NCBI GenBank assembly: GCA_965178125.1
Contig: OZ237768.1
Coordinates: forward strand, 186,001-250,000
Direction: 5' to 3'
Length of the DNA: 64,000 nucleotides
Source of the DNA: Bilabrum cf. latius
Lineage: Eukaryota
Both the position numbers and the translations under genes were made by a program. Shown piece by piece: positions 12,695 to 24,661 of this stretch. How positions within the stretch are numbered: the stretch's first letter is position 1; each line of letters begins with the position of its first letter. The notes under the pieces are model-generated. The model was not told the DNA's origin and searched no databases. It saw only the letters and a list, made by a program, of their open reading frames with translations.

Positions 12695-13441
12695 TTAACC
12701 ACAGTCGGCCGGTTGTCCCAGACACCTTCCCAGGAGCATGAATCCGATGCGAAGTTGCAGTGGCATCGACCTGGAGGCACGCCCGCACAAGCTGCTTGCC
12801 GCGTGGTTCATCAGCCATGACTCGAGCGCAGCATTTCGCTTCGTAGCTTCCTCCTCAGGAATGTCGCGGTGCGGAATGGCCGCATCTTTATCCCCAGTGT
12901 CGGCTGGCAGCCCGTGGATCGCGCGGCATGCCGCGGCGTAGTCCTCTTTCATCTCCAGGTGAGCGTGCCACACCTTGTCCGTGAGCTCCCTGGGTGAGAA
13001 TCCTGGGTCACCTTCAGTCATCAGATCCGGTGCCACAGCGCCGTCAGCCATTGCAGCAGCCCAGGAACACAGGTACAACTGGTATGACAGAAAACCACCG
13101 AGCTACACCTGGGGCGACAGTGAGCTGCATTTCTCTCGCACAGCCTTTGAGAGCGGACTCCAGTCGTGATCATTCAGTCTGTCTACAGGAGCCCTGTCAT
13201 GCGAGACGTAGATCTAGTCAATCAGGTCATAGGCTGCACTTGATATGCTACACTTCAAGGATTTGCATCGATGAGCTCCTCACTTGAACCAATCAGGACA
13301 TTTGTCAAGTTCACATCTATCTTCATTTTTATTCAAGAGGTCTAGAAGGGTCGGGAACGGTGACGGATCCGGTTCGGAAGCTTTCTCTGCTGCCCCAGTG
13401 GCGGCCCCTGCCCCCTTGTCGGCACCCCCAGCTGAAGCCAT
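12695..13441 (-). CDS. Orphan hypothetical protein, ~218 aa; probable exons 13441-13284 and 13193-12695; the only TAA-terminated model
   Basis: ATG at 13441 (MASAGGADKG...). The in-frame TGA at 13282 overlaps a GTGAGG donor. A 90-nt intron ending GACAG keeps the frame and leaves one TAG (13105). The stop is TAA at 12697-12695. The acceptor choice is inferred. Confidence 0.55.
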
Positions 13442-13475
13442 TTTCGACAGTCTTGCACTTGTCTCGTGGAGTCTT

Positions 13476-13985
13476 ACACACACCACACAGTGGTTTTAAC
13501 CCAATATTGATCTGGATGCTTGCTGCTCGCCGGTTCCGTTGCAAGGCATGCGGCGCCGCAGCGTCTAGATCTAGACACTCGAGGCCTGCCTCGTTTCAGT
13601 GGATGAGTGTGTCACCCAGAAGTACGAAACTGAGATTTACATTCATTCGTCCGCAGCTCATGGATTGCCCCAGTACAATGCCACCACTGCCGCCGTCCCG
13701 GCCAAGACGGACGCTGTGAGCCCCGGCCGAAGCCAGGCCCGCGCCTCCTCCAAGCCGCAGCAGCACATGCGGCCCGTGGCCAGCAGCCTCTTCCTCTCAT
13801 CTTCTCCCGCCTGCTCTGCATCTTTCTCTGTCTGCAGCTTCTGTTCCTGCAGAAGCTCGCCAGCGAGGCCCCACCGGAAGGTCGTGTTCTCCACTTGTGA
13901 CTCACTCGGCGCCGCAGTGGCGAAGGAAGCGACCAGCAGGGCGCAGCTGGCGGCCAGGAAGTTGATCGCTGAGAAATGCATGTAG
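13476..13985. repeat. Source copy of the ~505-bp duplication
   Basis: Near-identical to 12133-12638. Confidence 0.95.
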
Positions 13986-16873
13986 TGCACGCTGAAGAAT
14001 CCTGCGATCCCCCCAGTGATGCCCCCGACGTGATGATCGTCCGCCCCCTGCTCCCGGGTGGCAGCAATCACAATGTCGCCGATGAACCGCGTCAGTCCCA
14101 GGGTCCATCCGACCGCCAGCCCAGCGATCGCGCCCCAGTTGTTGACGCGCCTGGAGCACGCACCCCACACGAACACCGCAGACACCGGCCCCGCGAAATA
14201 TGCCGGCGGTTTCTGCACGTACGCAAACAGCTGGTCTCCCATGAGTGGAATGACAGGCAGCCATAGGATACTCAGGACGCCCATGCCCAGGATGGCGAGG
14301 CGGCCGATCCACACCGTCACGGCCTCAGGGGGTGTGGCGGGCAAGCCGAATAGGGCAGCCGCCGCCGCCTCCTCAGCTGCTTCCAGAACGCCCCCCCCCT
14401 GCTGCTGTGGGGCGAATGCCACCGGAGCTGCAGTAGCTGCGCATGCAGATGCTGCCCCGGTGCCAGCATCCCGCCCATCGCTCCCCTTCTTATCAGCAAT
14501 AGTGGCGCATGCCTTCCCTACCCGTGCCTGCACCATCGAGTCACCTGCCGCAGCCACTTCTACTGACCCTCGCAGCTCCTGTGACATGTCCCGCGCGGGG
14601 AGGCCGGCGCTTCCCGGGTGCTCTTCGCGATCATCATCGCTGCACGATCTATTTAATGCAGCAGCAGTCAATCCACAACCACCCTTGCCCGAGCTGGGAC
14701 CAGTGCCGCGACCCAGCTCCTCATCTACCGCGCTGCCTCTGTCTCCTCCAGGCGCTGCCCTTCCGGGGCTCGTCTGGGCCTGCACCAGCATGGCGGTCTC
14801 GTTGGCCGACCCTGACGACGCCTGTCTGCCCCTGTGAAACGATGCAGAGGTGGATGAAGCGGCCCCTGCCCCGTACAAACCACTGGCATTCAGCTCTAGC
14901 TCTCGCTCATATGCACTACCATCGCCATTGGCCTGGTCACTATCATCACCAGGCACCAAGGTCCCCAGGTCAGCTTGCAGGCTGCCGCCATCTTCTCCCA
15001 TCGAACTGCTCTCCATCGCGCCGCGATCCACCTTGCTTGCATCAACATGCGTTGCGCCCTCCCCCGAGCCTCCCGGCGGCAAAGCACGTCCGTCTCTAGC
15101 CCTGTACCCCGCGCCTGTTGCTCCCCCCTTGCCCCCTCCCTAGCCTAAAGCGCCCCCGCACCCGCCCTGGCAGCTCCCGCAGCATGCCCCCCCGCACCTG
15201 TCCACAGCGTCGTGGCACTCCAAGCACCTGTTCTCGCAAGCCGCCCTGCAGCAGAGACACCTCGAATACACGTCCAGGGCAAATACCGTCCCCGCGCTGT
15301 TGAACACAGAGGCCAGCGAGCTCATGAGGCTGGCGAGCACCGCAGCCAGCACGAGGCCCCTCGCGTGCAGCGGCAGCACGCGGCCGATGAGCCACGGGTA
15401 GGCCCCATCGAACACGATGGGAGGGATGGATTTGGTGGGCAGGAACGAGGGCAGGATACCGTCCTAGGCCATTAGGGAGCGGGCGGCGAGGCCGGGGATG
15501 ACGAGCAAAAAGGGTGGCAGCAGCTTTAGGATGGCAGCGCACAGCGTGCCCACCTCGCCGTGGGCTATGTTGGCTGCTGCCAGTGCCCTCTGCGTGATGA
15601 CCTGGTCGCAGGCCCAGTACCAGATGGCCATGGTTGGCAGCCCAAAGACCATGGCCGTCCATGGGTAGGTCCCGTCATCCACGGGCCTCCAAAGGCTCAT
15701 CCTGTCGTAGCCCTCGTAGGGGGCGGCCACGTCTTGCCACCCAGGCCAGGCGGCACCCATGGTACTTCTCGACGTGCCCGAGGGCGTCGCGGACGAGTTC
15801 CCTCCTGCTCCTGCACCGCCTTCTCCTGCACCTGCGTCCCCATTGCCAGGCCCATCCCCGCAGTACGCGTGGTAGAGCCCTTCAAGGGAATCGTCGTCCA
15901 GGACAGAGACAGCCCCCCCGTCAGGGTCCGTGAAGATGAGCGTCCCGTTCGACAGCTGCCGCGTGGAGTCACACAGCTCCTGCACCCAGTTCGGCGTGTT
16001 GGACCCGCCGCCCGGCCCCGAGCCCCCCTGTCCCCCACCGCCCGTCTGGCCCGCAGAGGTGCCACCAGCAGCGGCGGGTACAGCGTCGGCGTGGTCGCAG
16101 AATCCCGAGAGGTCGTCTCCTGCCCACTCCTGCCAAGTGGGCGCCGGCATGGGGTAGGCCTCTTGGGAGGGGGACATCCTGCCGCTGATCTCGGATATGC
16201 CGCCGCTCTCAATGACGGCGAAGATAAGAATGAGCAATCCACCGGTAAACAGGACGGCCGTCTGCAAAGTCTCGGTCCATACCACTGCTTTGAGGCCGCC
16301 CACCGCGGTGTATCCCAGAGTGAGCAGGATAAGCATCACCACGCTGACCAGTGGGCTCACGGCAGAGCCAGAGACGACCGCAAGAACCAATCCACCCGCG
16401 TACAAGGTGGCCGATATTTTGGTCAGCACGTACAGGACGAGCGATAACGCTACAACACTCTATCGAACACACTCCCCGTATCGAAGCTTGAGATACCCCA
16501 GTGTTGTAGACACGTTGCTTTTCATGTAGACTGGCAGCATCACAAAGGCAAGAAACACTATAGGACCCGTCGCGAACCACTCGAATAAGCTGACTGCCAC
16601 ACCAGAAGAGGCGGCGGTTCCAGTCAATCCAATGAAGTGCTCAGCCCCTATATTGGACATCAGCAGCGAGCACGCCACCATCCACCATACGACACCCTTT
16701 TCAGCCAAGAAGAAACTCGTTTGTTCACCGCTAGACCCTTGCGATCGACCCGCAGACCAAGCCACTCCAATTAAGACGACGAAGTAGACACCAAGCGACA
16801 TCCAGTCAACGAACGAGAAGCGCAGGCTATCAGCGTCGCAAGCACCGTTGGATGATTCAGAATTGCTGCTCAT
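13658..16873 (-). CDS. Sodium:solute symporter (SSF/SLC5, SGLT/SMIT-like), ~1,071 aa
   Basis: Single frame with 3 TAGs (16462, 15466, 15142), ending in TGA. Motifs: FFLA..VVWW..SLLMSNIGAEHFIGLTGTAA, YTAVGGLKAVVWTETLQ, WYWACDQVITQRALAA, LASLMSSLASVFNSAGTVFALDVY, FVWG..SRRVNNWGA. Confidence 0.92.
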
Positions 16874-17075
16874 ATTTAATATTAACAGAGGTGAGGCACT
16901 GCTAGCGCTTGCCTACGGGCGGAAATCAAACGGGCTACGCGCAACCTCGCCGAGGCTGTGTGATGACAGGATCGCGACGGTTGGCACGATGACACGATGA
17001 TGCTGGCAGCCACCAGATGCGTGCCACGCAACGATGGGACTGAATCACCTCATATCAATCGCAATTACAGCAGCG

Positions 17076-18757
17076 TCACTTGCCCTCATCCGCGCTGGCA
17101 CTGGCCCCCTTGCTGCCCCCCTCAGCGGGCGCCGCCTGCTCCTCCTCCAGCTTCCTCGTCTCGGCCACAGTCTGGTCCGCGGTCCCCTTCAGGTACGACC
17201 CGGCCGCCCCAAACATGCTGCCAAGCCCGCCCACAACAGACCTTACGGTGTCGTTCTTCATGGCGGCCTTGCCAACGGAATGGGCAGCGCCCACGGCTGC
17301 CTGCCCCGCCGCCTTGGCTTTCCCGCTCACATCGTACTGCGCGTCAATGCCAGCGATCCCCCCGGCCGCGGACTTGTACAGCCCCTGCCCCATCTCCGTG
17401 AGCCCAAACCTCGCATCGATCGACCTCACACCCCCCTGGATCTTCTGGCTCAGGTCATCGATGGCCTGGCTGACCCCGTACCTCCGGTTAAAGGACTGCA
17501 CGTACACGGTCGCGCCCTCGAGCCCCTTCTTAGTCGTCACATACCCCTGGGCGAGCATCTTTGCGATGGCCTGCTGCGCCTCGCTGTACTTGGTCGCGGG
17601 GGTGGAGGCTGCGGCTGCAGCAGCGCCAGCGCCCGCAGCACCAGCGGCTCCAGCGCCCGAACCGCCGCCAGCCGACGAGGACCCGCCCGCGTCACCGCCG
17701 GCATCCGCGCCCGCGTCCTTCTTGTCAGGATCTTCCGCACCTCCATGAGAAAGAGCTGATGCCAAGAAAACGTGCACGGGTGCTCCGTTGATCTCCTGCT
17801 AGTCCAGCGAGACGGCAGTGGCTGCGGCCGCGAGATCGTGGAAGACTACGATTGCCAATCGCTTCTCCTTGTGCCGCACGTCTGCGATATAAATAGTACA
17901 AAAGAGGGAAACGCATCAACATGGGGGGATCCATCGTCTGGAAGGCTCGAAGAACACAGCACACGTAGCTCTTCGATCCGCTGCGCAACCGTTCTTGCTG
18001 CCTCACCGCTCTGTGTGATGATGCGGGATACCGATCCGCACCGGCCAAATACATCGAGTAGAATCTCTTGAAGCTGTTGCGGCGAATCGCCGGCCGGGAC
18101 GCCGGTGGCCACTACAGCTCTTGGAATTTCTTCTGCCGAGACGAAGCCAGTGTTTCCAGCGGCAGCGCCGCTCCCTCCTGCGGACCCTCCTGAAGCACTC
18201 GCCGCAGCACCAGCTGCTGTGGCATCCGCATCAGAAGGAGCATCTCCAGCACCACTGCCCGATGCAGCAGACGATGAGCCGGCGTCTCCAGCGCCAGTGC
18301 CTCCACCGGAATCGCCGCCGTCGCCCTCCGCGCCAGCAGCCGGCTTCTACGGCGATACTGGACCGAAACCAGGTGTCACCTTGACAGCCTCAGGTTCTCG
18401 CACGGGTTTTCTATGGGATGAGGCGCCAGAGATTGATCCAGTAGACGACGCAGGGGTTCCAGGTGCCGCCGCGGACGCGGGAACCGGGGTAGCAGCGCTT
18501 GGAGTTGTAGGACCGCCAAACCCAGGCACAGATGCAGGTGCAACAGCATGCACGGTAGATCCTTCTTCTATTCCAGCGCCAGCGAGCGACTGGCTTTCGT
18601 TGATCAGGATACCAGCAAACACCAGCGTTGCACTGCTCCACCCCAGCTTAGCTAGAATAACTGCGAGCAGATCCTTGCCATTACTATCACCATCAACCTC
18701 AATGTCAAATTGCGGGGGGCTCTCAAGGCCTTTTGTTGGGACTACGGTAAGTTTCAT
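17076..18757 (-). CDS. Ubiquitin-like domain + RRM + BPA1/Vip1-like C-terminal helical region, ~532 aa; exons 18757-17965 and 17881-17076
   Basis: The N-terminus is UBL-like (MKLTVVP...LVFAGILINESQSLAGAGIEEGSTVHAV). An 83-nt GT-AG intron rebuilds an RRM (LLDVFGRCGSV...LAIVVFHDLAAAATAVSLD(TAG)QEINGAPVHV). This is followed by AIAKMLAQGYV...IDARFGLTE...KAAMKN, resembling plant BPA1/fungal Vip1. It has 2 TAGs (18349, 17801) and ends in TGA. Confidence 0.75.
17882..17964 (-). other. Spliceosomal intron, 83 nt
   Basis: GTGTGC...ATATCGCAG, pyrimidine-rich and low in GC; removal joins the two RRM halves in frame. Confidence 0.8.
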
Positions 18758-18942
18758 TCCTTTCTTTAGACTCCAAGTGTGATGCGGGTTTGTGCTGTTT
18801 CGCGCGTCTTTCCAGGAACAATTCTTTGCTTCATCACCAGAGTTTTGGTTGCGACCGGTAATTGCGACCAAGCCGAACCGACATGATGTCGGGTACTCTT
18901 TTAATATTTTGGAGGGCGGTTAGGCCAAGGGCAACGTTGTTC

Positions 18943-21900
18943 ATGTTTTCATTTTCTGATTCTTCGCAAGGAGCGCGGGCACTGCAGAGTTCGCATGAAT
19001 CATTGAGGGGCTACGAGTAGCGTGCCAGCCTGAAGCAGTTGGAAGCCGATGCCAAGCAGTCAGCACCAGAGAAATCCGCCCAAAGCGCTGACTACGTTCT
19101 GATCTCGCTGGCCAGAATTCACCCGCGCGTGTCGGCAACAGCCTGTTTCTCTCTTGCGGAGTCGTCGTCCCTGCAGGGATTCCAAAGTGCGTGGGACGGT
19201 CGCAGCGACTGGCGCTGCGCACTGCCAGGGACCACCTGGTGTGAAGTGCCAGCTATGATTAGGTTGTTTGCCATACGGCTAGCTAGGGATGCTTTGATGC
19301 AGCGGCATGTACTCAGCCTGCTTTCTGGATATGAGCATCAAGTTGGAGCAGCAGCTGCTGAAGATGCTGGAACGATTATTGTGGATGCCTCTGTGCCAAT
19401 GTGCCCGCTATCCCTAGCAATTATTTCTGCTGCGAGGTGCTGTGGCTATTCCGTTGTGACACCGGGTCTTTCTTCTGCCTCGAGCACGGAGTCGGCACAA
19501 CTTCCGACGGTGGAGGCCTTGGATCTGCGTGGCAGGCAGGTGATTGCAGTCCTCACAAAGGGAAAGGGCCGAACTTCTTCGTGGATCAAGTATTTTCTTA
19601 CGTCATGGAGTGCTAGGCCTGCTCGGGATACATCAAAGTCGAGCACAGAGCGAGCGAGCACGCATCCTGCCAGCATCCCGACCATTTACGAGGTGCCCGA
19701 GGGCTCTCTAGAGGTCGCGCTGAGCAAGGTAGATTTGCCAGAGCACGCGCACCTTGGTATCCCCACGCGCAGCAGCGGGGCTAGGCATGACGGACCTCGG
19801 TCCAATTGCGGAGCAGGTCTGTTTGCTGATGCCTTGCTAGACGTTGCAGCCGGTAACGAAGTCAGCTTTGCAGTCCGCGGCAAGGGCATGGAACATGGTG
19901 CTCGTGAAAGCGCAGAAGCTGAAAGCCTTCCGTTATTATTCGGTGGATCCCACGAAACAAGTGACGCAAGCTCCCCCACTGCTGGCACCATCCGAGTCGA
20001 GGCGGTGCTGCTGCAGGAAGCAGGAATGCCTGCGGTAGGAGCCGCTGACGTTGGACGCGGCACGCCAACCAAGAGGGCAGGCCCCGGCCGCACCACAACC
20101 CGAGGACCTAAGCGCGTGCGAATGGGCAGAGGAGGCGCCTCACCTCCAGGAGGCGCCCTGTAGGCGTCCCACCGGCTGGGGAGGTCGAGGGGCGCTGGCA
20201 GGATGGTCGGTTAGTCTACAAGGCGAGGAGGAGCCGCTGGGGTACTTGACGGTGTGGCGAGTACGGGCAGGTCGGGAGTTGTTCTCGGCAGTAGCGTGGC
20301 CTCGTTTGCTCGCATGGGCGGGCAGCGTCACGAGGAGGTCGAGGAGTCAAAGCACGAGCACGAGCACGAGCACGACCGCAAGGGGGAACCGCTGCTCCAG
20401 CGCGGTGATTTCGGCAGGCACAGGCTAGTGTGCAGGCTGGACCTGCTTGACGACTCCATGGCACCACAGGGGGCAGATCGAGCTGAACCCAAACCCAGTG
20501 CCAGTCCTGAAGTGTGGGTGCAATCAGTTGTGTCTTTGGCTGTGCGCGGCGAACCAACGGACACGAAGGACCTGCGTGCGGTGCAGGCACTTTTGGCGCG
20601 TGACATGCAGGCTGCTGCTCAGCTAGAGGGGAGTGGAGGCATCCGTAGGGGAAGGAAACTCGGTGAAGCGGGCGGGCCCAGCCGTCTAGGACCCGGCAGT
20701 AGGCGCACTAGTGACCACAAAGGAGAAGGTGGGCTGGTGAGCTGGCTGGAGAAGCTGAGCGGGCTTGAGATCGACCGTGATGACGACAGGGGCAAGGCAG
20801 CTTCGGCTGGGCTCTGCCTGCAGTACAGTGCAATCGAGGCTGTGCAGTAGAGGAGCGGGAGAATAGCACAATAGGCCTGGGGCAGGGTGCAGGAGCACCT
20901 GATCGCCAAGACGCAAGGGCAGGATATGCAAAATGTGCCGGCCGGCAGGCTGCAGGCGTTGTTGCATCAGGCCATCCAGCGCGGCTTGGAAGACACTTGG
21001 ACCGGCAGGATCGGCATTCAGCGAGCCTGGGCTGCGGATGCTTCTGCGCATCTCACTTTGCTTGCCATGGCTGCAATGGGTCGCGCGGATGCCGCCGACA
21101 CTCGTACGCTCGAGGTGCCGATGGAGAGCTCGGCAGAAGATGGTGGGTAGCATCCGAAGCAAGCGGGCCTTGAAGCTGATTTCGCGGGGTCAGTTACACG
21201 AAACGACGCTCTACTTGCTCATGGATCGCACAAGGATGCATTATATCATGCGGCCGGCGTGATTGGAGCAGTCGCTGCTGTAAAGGCGTGGCTTGCCGAA
21301 TAGCAGCGGCTGCAGCAGTCGCCGAGCCCGAGGCAGCCGAGAGGCGGAGCATCTGGTCCTGTGAGGCGTCGCATGGAAGTTGACCTATAGGCTGTGCACG
21401 CGATCGAAGTGTTTCTGCAGGTGCCCTCAGGTTTCATGCGACTGGGTCCTGGTGAGCTGGCGGTGTTGACTGGCCTTTGGGCGCTGGGGGTTAGGATTGA
21501 GGTAAGCGGTGGCGATGACAGCGGCCCCCGGGGGGCTACATCAGGCAGGCCGCAGCTCCCTGCGGACGAAGTGCATGGGGTAGATGTGGATGAATGGGGG
21601 CTTGTAGCTGGTGGTGAGGCTGGGCCATTGGCCGCTGGTGGGCGATCACCGACGGGTCCAGAACTCGATGCACCCACCCAGCATCGCCCTTCCCTTATCG
21701 TTCGCATGGGAGGAGACAAGGTGATTCAGGACATCGAGAGTGCCGCTTAGAAGACAGCCTCTGTGTCGTTTACGACGGGTTCAGCGCTGCTGTTCGGTGC
21801 AGCGGCATCGAGACGTGGCGGCGGCGGCGTGTTGGGGTCTATCGTTGGCACGCGGTCGGTTCGATCTGAGCTCCAGCGCGAGGAGACGGTGCACAGCTCG

Positions 21901-24567
21901 ACCACTGGGGAACAGATTGGGAGAGGGCAGGACCAGGACCAGGAGTCGGTTGCAAGTGCATCGCATGACGGTGCCCTGCAGCTGCATGATTTGGATGCAC
22001 TATCAGAAGCGCAAAGCACCAATGGAAATGCTCACGAGGACGACATAGCAGCCCAGGCCGAAGATGGTGAAGGAAGTAAGAGCAGGTCGAGCCGTGCTGC
22101 AGAGCTCGGGTCAAGATCAAGGGGCAGAGGGCCGACAGGTGGACGAGGACAAGGAGGACTGCAGAAGCACGCGCCCGCTGCTGCGACTAGTGCTGCTGCT
22201 GCTGGTGCGGGGGAGCGCCAACAGGGCACCAGCGGTAGGGTGAATGAATCGGACCCCTGGGTCGGTGCAGGAGATGAGGACCTGTTCAGGCAGCTCCCGC
22301 CTAAGCTTCCCGCTCCATCTGCGCAGGAAAAAGTACTTTTATCGAAGAGGCGCGGGGCAGCCGATCCAACAGCGTCGTGGCTGCAGCGTGACGGCAGTCC
22401 TGGTCGGCACGATAGGCAGCAGGATTGCGAGGCAGCAACTGGCGACAGACAGCCGCAGCCATCAAAACACGGCGCACCTCGGCCCACCAGCCCCAGTGCT
22501 TTGCTGAAACGAGCGCGCGAATCGCTCCAGGACAATTCCGCTGCCGAGCCCGATGGGGCCCGCGGCGCACCAAGCGACCACCGCAGCCACAGCCACAGCC
22601 AGCAGCAGCCTCGATGGAGAGACTCTGCCGCAGTAGCCCGTGAGTTGACGAACCCAGCTGCCCACGCCAATCTGAAGGCGAGCGCTTCCCGAAGAGCCAG
22701 CAAGGGTGCCCGCCGGGGCCCGCAGAGGCCGAAGCGCAAGCCAAAGCCCAAGCCTGGCTGGAACGGCTTCTTCATGCGTGGAGATAGCAAGGACGACGCC
22801 GAAGACGCGAGGGCAAAGGCCGCACAGCGGTCCGTGTTCCGTACCGACACGGCCACTCGAGAGCAGTGGAAGGAAAGCTAGAGCCCGCTGAGAGAGAAAC
22901 AGCTTCAGTACCTTCGGAGGAGCAAGCGCGCCCAGGACAGACCTGCCGGGCGGGTCATTCGCAAGCCGCAGCTGCCGCAAGAGGCAAAGAAGAGCTTCCA
23001 CAAGCAGCGGTCCCACAATCAGGGGGGCCGCCACCGAGGAGGTTCCCGCGGGTGTGACGCCGACCTCGATGGCATCGGGGTGCCAGTCGAGGTGGTGCAC
23101 GTGCCTGACGACTCCCAGCAGCGTGTCAGCAGGACAAGCATCCTTAGCTCCTCTGCCCCGCGAGCCATGATAAGAGCCAGGATGCAAAGTACTCCGGGAC
23201 AAGACTCTGTGGCAGTGGCCGCTAATTTCGACTCAATGCATGATGGCGCGCTGGCAGCAAGGGAAAAGACCGATTCAGCAGACGAAACAGTTCGCAACCC
23301 GCGGCAAGTCACTGCATGGCCAACTACATCACTGGACCATGACGTGTCGGGCAAGGACGACCGCACCGTGGGACATGGCGAGGCATCCGCCGGTGCTCCC
23401 GCCCCAGTCGGCTCAGCCCCGCCACTGACCCCACGCCTGACCAAAGGCGACATGCCTCAGGTGTCCCCCTCTTATACACCGTCCAGCTCCCGTGCCGATA
23501 GCCGTGGCGCGCATTTGGGCGATAGCGCCACCTCGAAACACAGCCTCTTTCCGAGCGTGAGGCATACCCAGAGCGTAGAGGACAGCGACGGCAAAGGTGA
23601 GGAGGAGGCGCTGACTCGCGATGGTCAGCCAGAGTCAGGCCGCGAAACGCCTCAGTCCCCTGGTGCAGGTCAGGCGGGCTCGTAGCCGTCCAATGTGGGA
23701 GGATCCTCCGTCGGTGGCACGTCTGCTCGTCCAAGCGGCGTCCCTTCAACGACCGGAATCGATACATAGGCTGCTGCATCGGCCAGCAGTATCTCCCAGC
23801 CTACTGGCCGGTGGCCCTCAGCAGCGCCTGCCCGGCCGTCCATGTACACGGCGCAGCCAGCCACAACGAATGCATCTCCTAGGTATGCGAGCGACCATGG
23901 AGCCCACATCAACGAGATGGGCCTTCTTTCGGAGAGGAAGGTGTCCTTTGCCGCCGCTGTGGACCTGCGCACCTTTGACGGCAGGGCGCCGACTCACGCC
24001 AGCAAGCCGTCGGGTATACAACAACGAGGTAGCGAGCCGTCGGGGGGCGATATGCCAGCTGCGGAGGATGGCAGAGGGCCAGCTCGACCCCAAGCCCCGC
24101 TTGCCAGCAGTGACCGACCGGGGCCAAGGGCCCCTGCCATCATTGGGCAGTTCAAGGGGAGGGCAAGAGGGGCAGAGCCAACCCGCGATCCACGGTCGCA
24201 TGGAGGGAGGGACCAGGGGTCGGAAACCCAGGCAGGGTTCCCATCTGCACCTGCACCCGAGCAGATCATGAATAGCAGCACAGTTCCAACTCCGTCCACA
24301 GAGCAGCACACCGGGCAGCAGCGCAGTGAGCTGCGCGACCTGCAGGCCATGTCTCGCGCTGGCCTGCCCGCATCGCCGCCTCGAGGCTCCAGCCGAGGGC
24401 CGAAGCCAATGCCAGCGGCGACGAAGGATATGGGAATTCGGCTGATTGTAGACGAGCAAGATGTCAAACCGCTGCGGTGGGACCTGCCCAGGACGCCCTC
24501 AGGCGGTTCCGTGTCGAGACTTCTGCGTGCCTATGCGAGCCGAGAGGGAAAGAGCGGGACTGGCTGA
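18943..24567 (+). CDS. Large hypothetical protein, ~1,874 aa, low-complexity C-terminal half
   Basis: One frame runs from ATG 18943 to TGA 24565-24567 with 12 TAGs (19018, 20161, 20212, 20848, 20872, 21148, 21301, 21388, 21748, 22879, 23683, 23767) and no TAA or TGA. No family recognised. Confidence 0.75.
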
Positions 24568-24661
24568 GACTTGATGGGTTTGTGGTACGTGGCTGACTAT
24601 CCTTACGGTTTTTTAGGGTCGCTCAATCACCGGGTATGCTCAACCTTCATCCATCGATCAA

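Noticed and set aside
13280-13282. In-frame TGA as selenocysteine or read-through in the orphan gene
   Set aside because: It overlaps a GTGAGG splice donor, and a typical-sized frame-preserving intron removes it. No selenoprotein motif was seen.
11804-13660. Transposon or endogenous virus in the duplicated region
   Set aside because: No transposase, RT or capsid motifs, terminal repeats or target-site duplication were seen. Local tandem duplication explains it.
19255-19470. Possible BRCT-like domain near the N-terminus of the large hypothetical
   Set aside because: Only a vague pattern resemblance; the signature residues are not convincing without a profile search.
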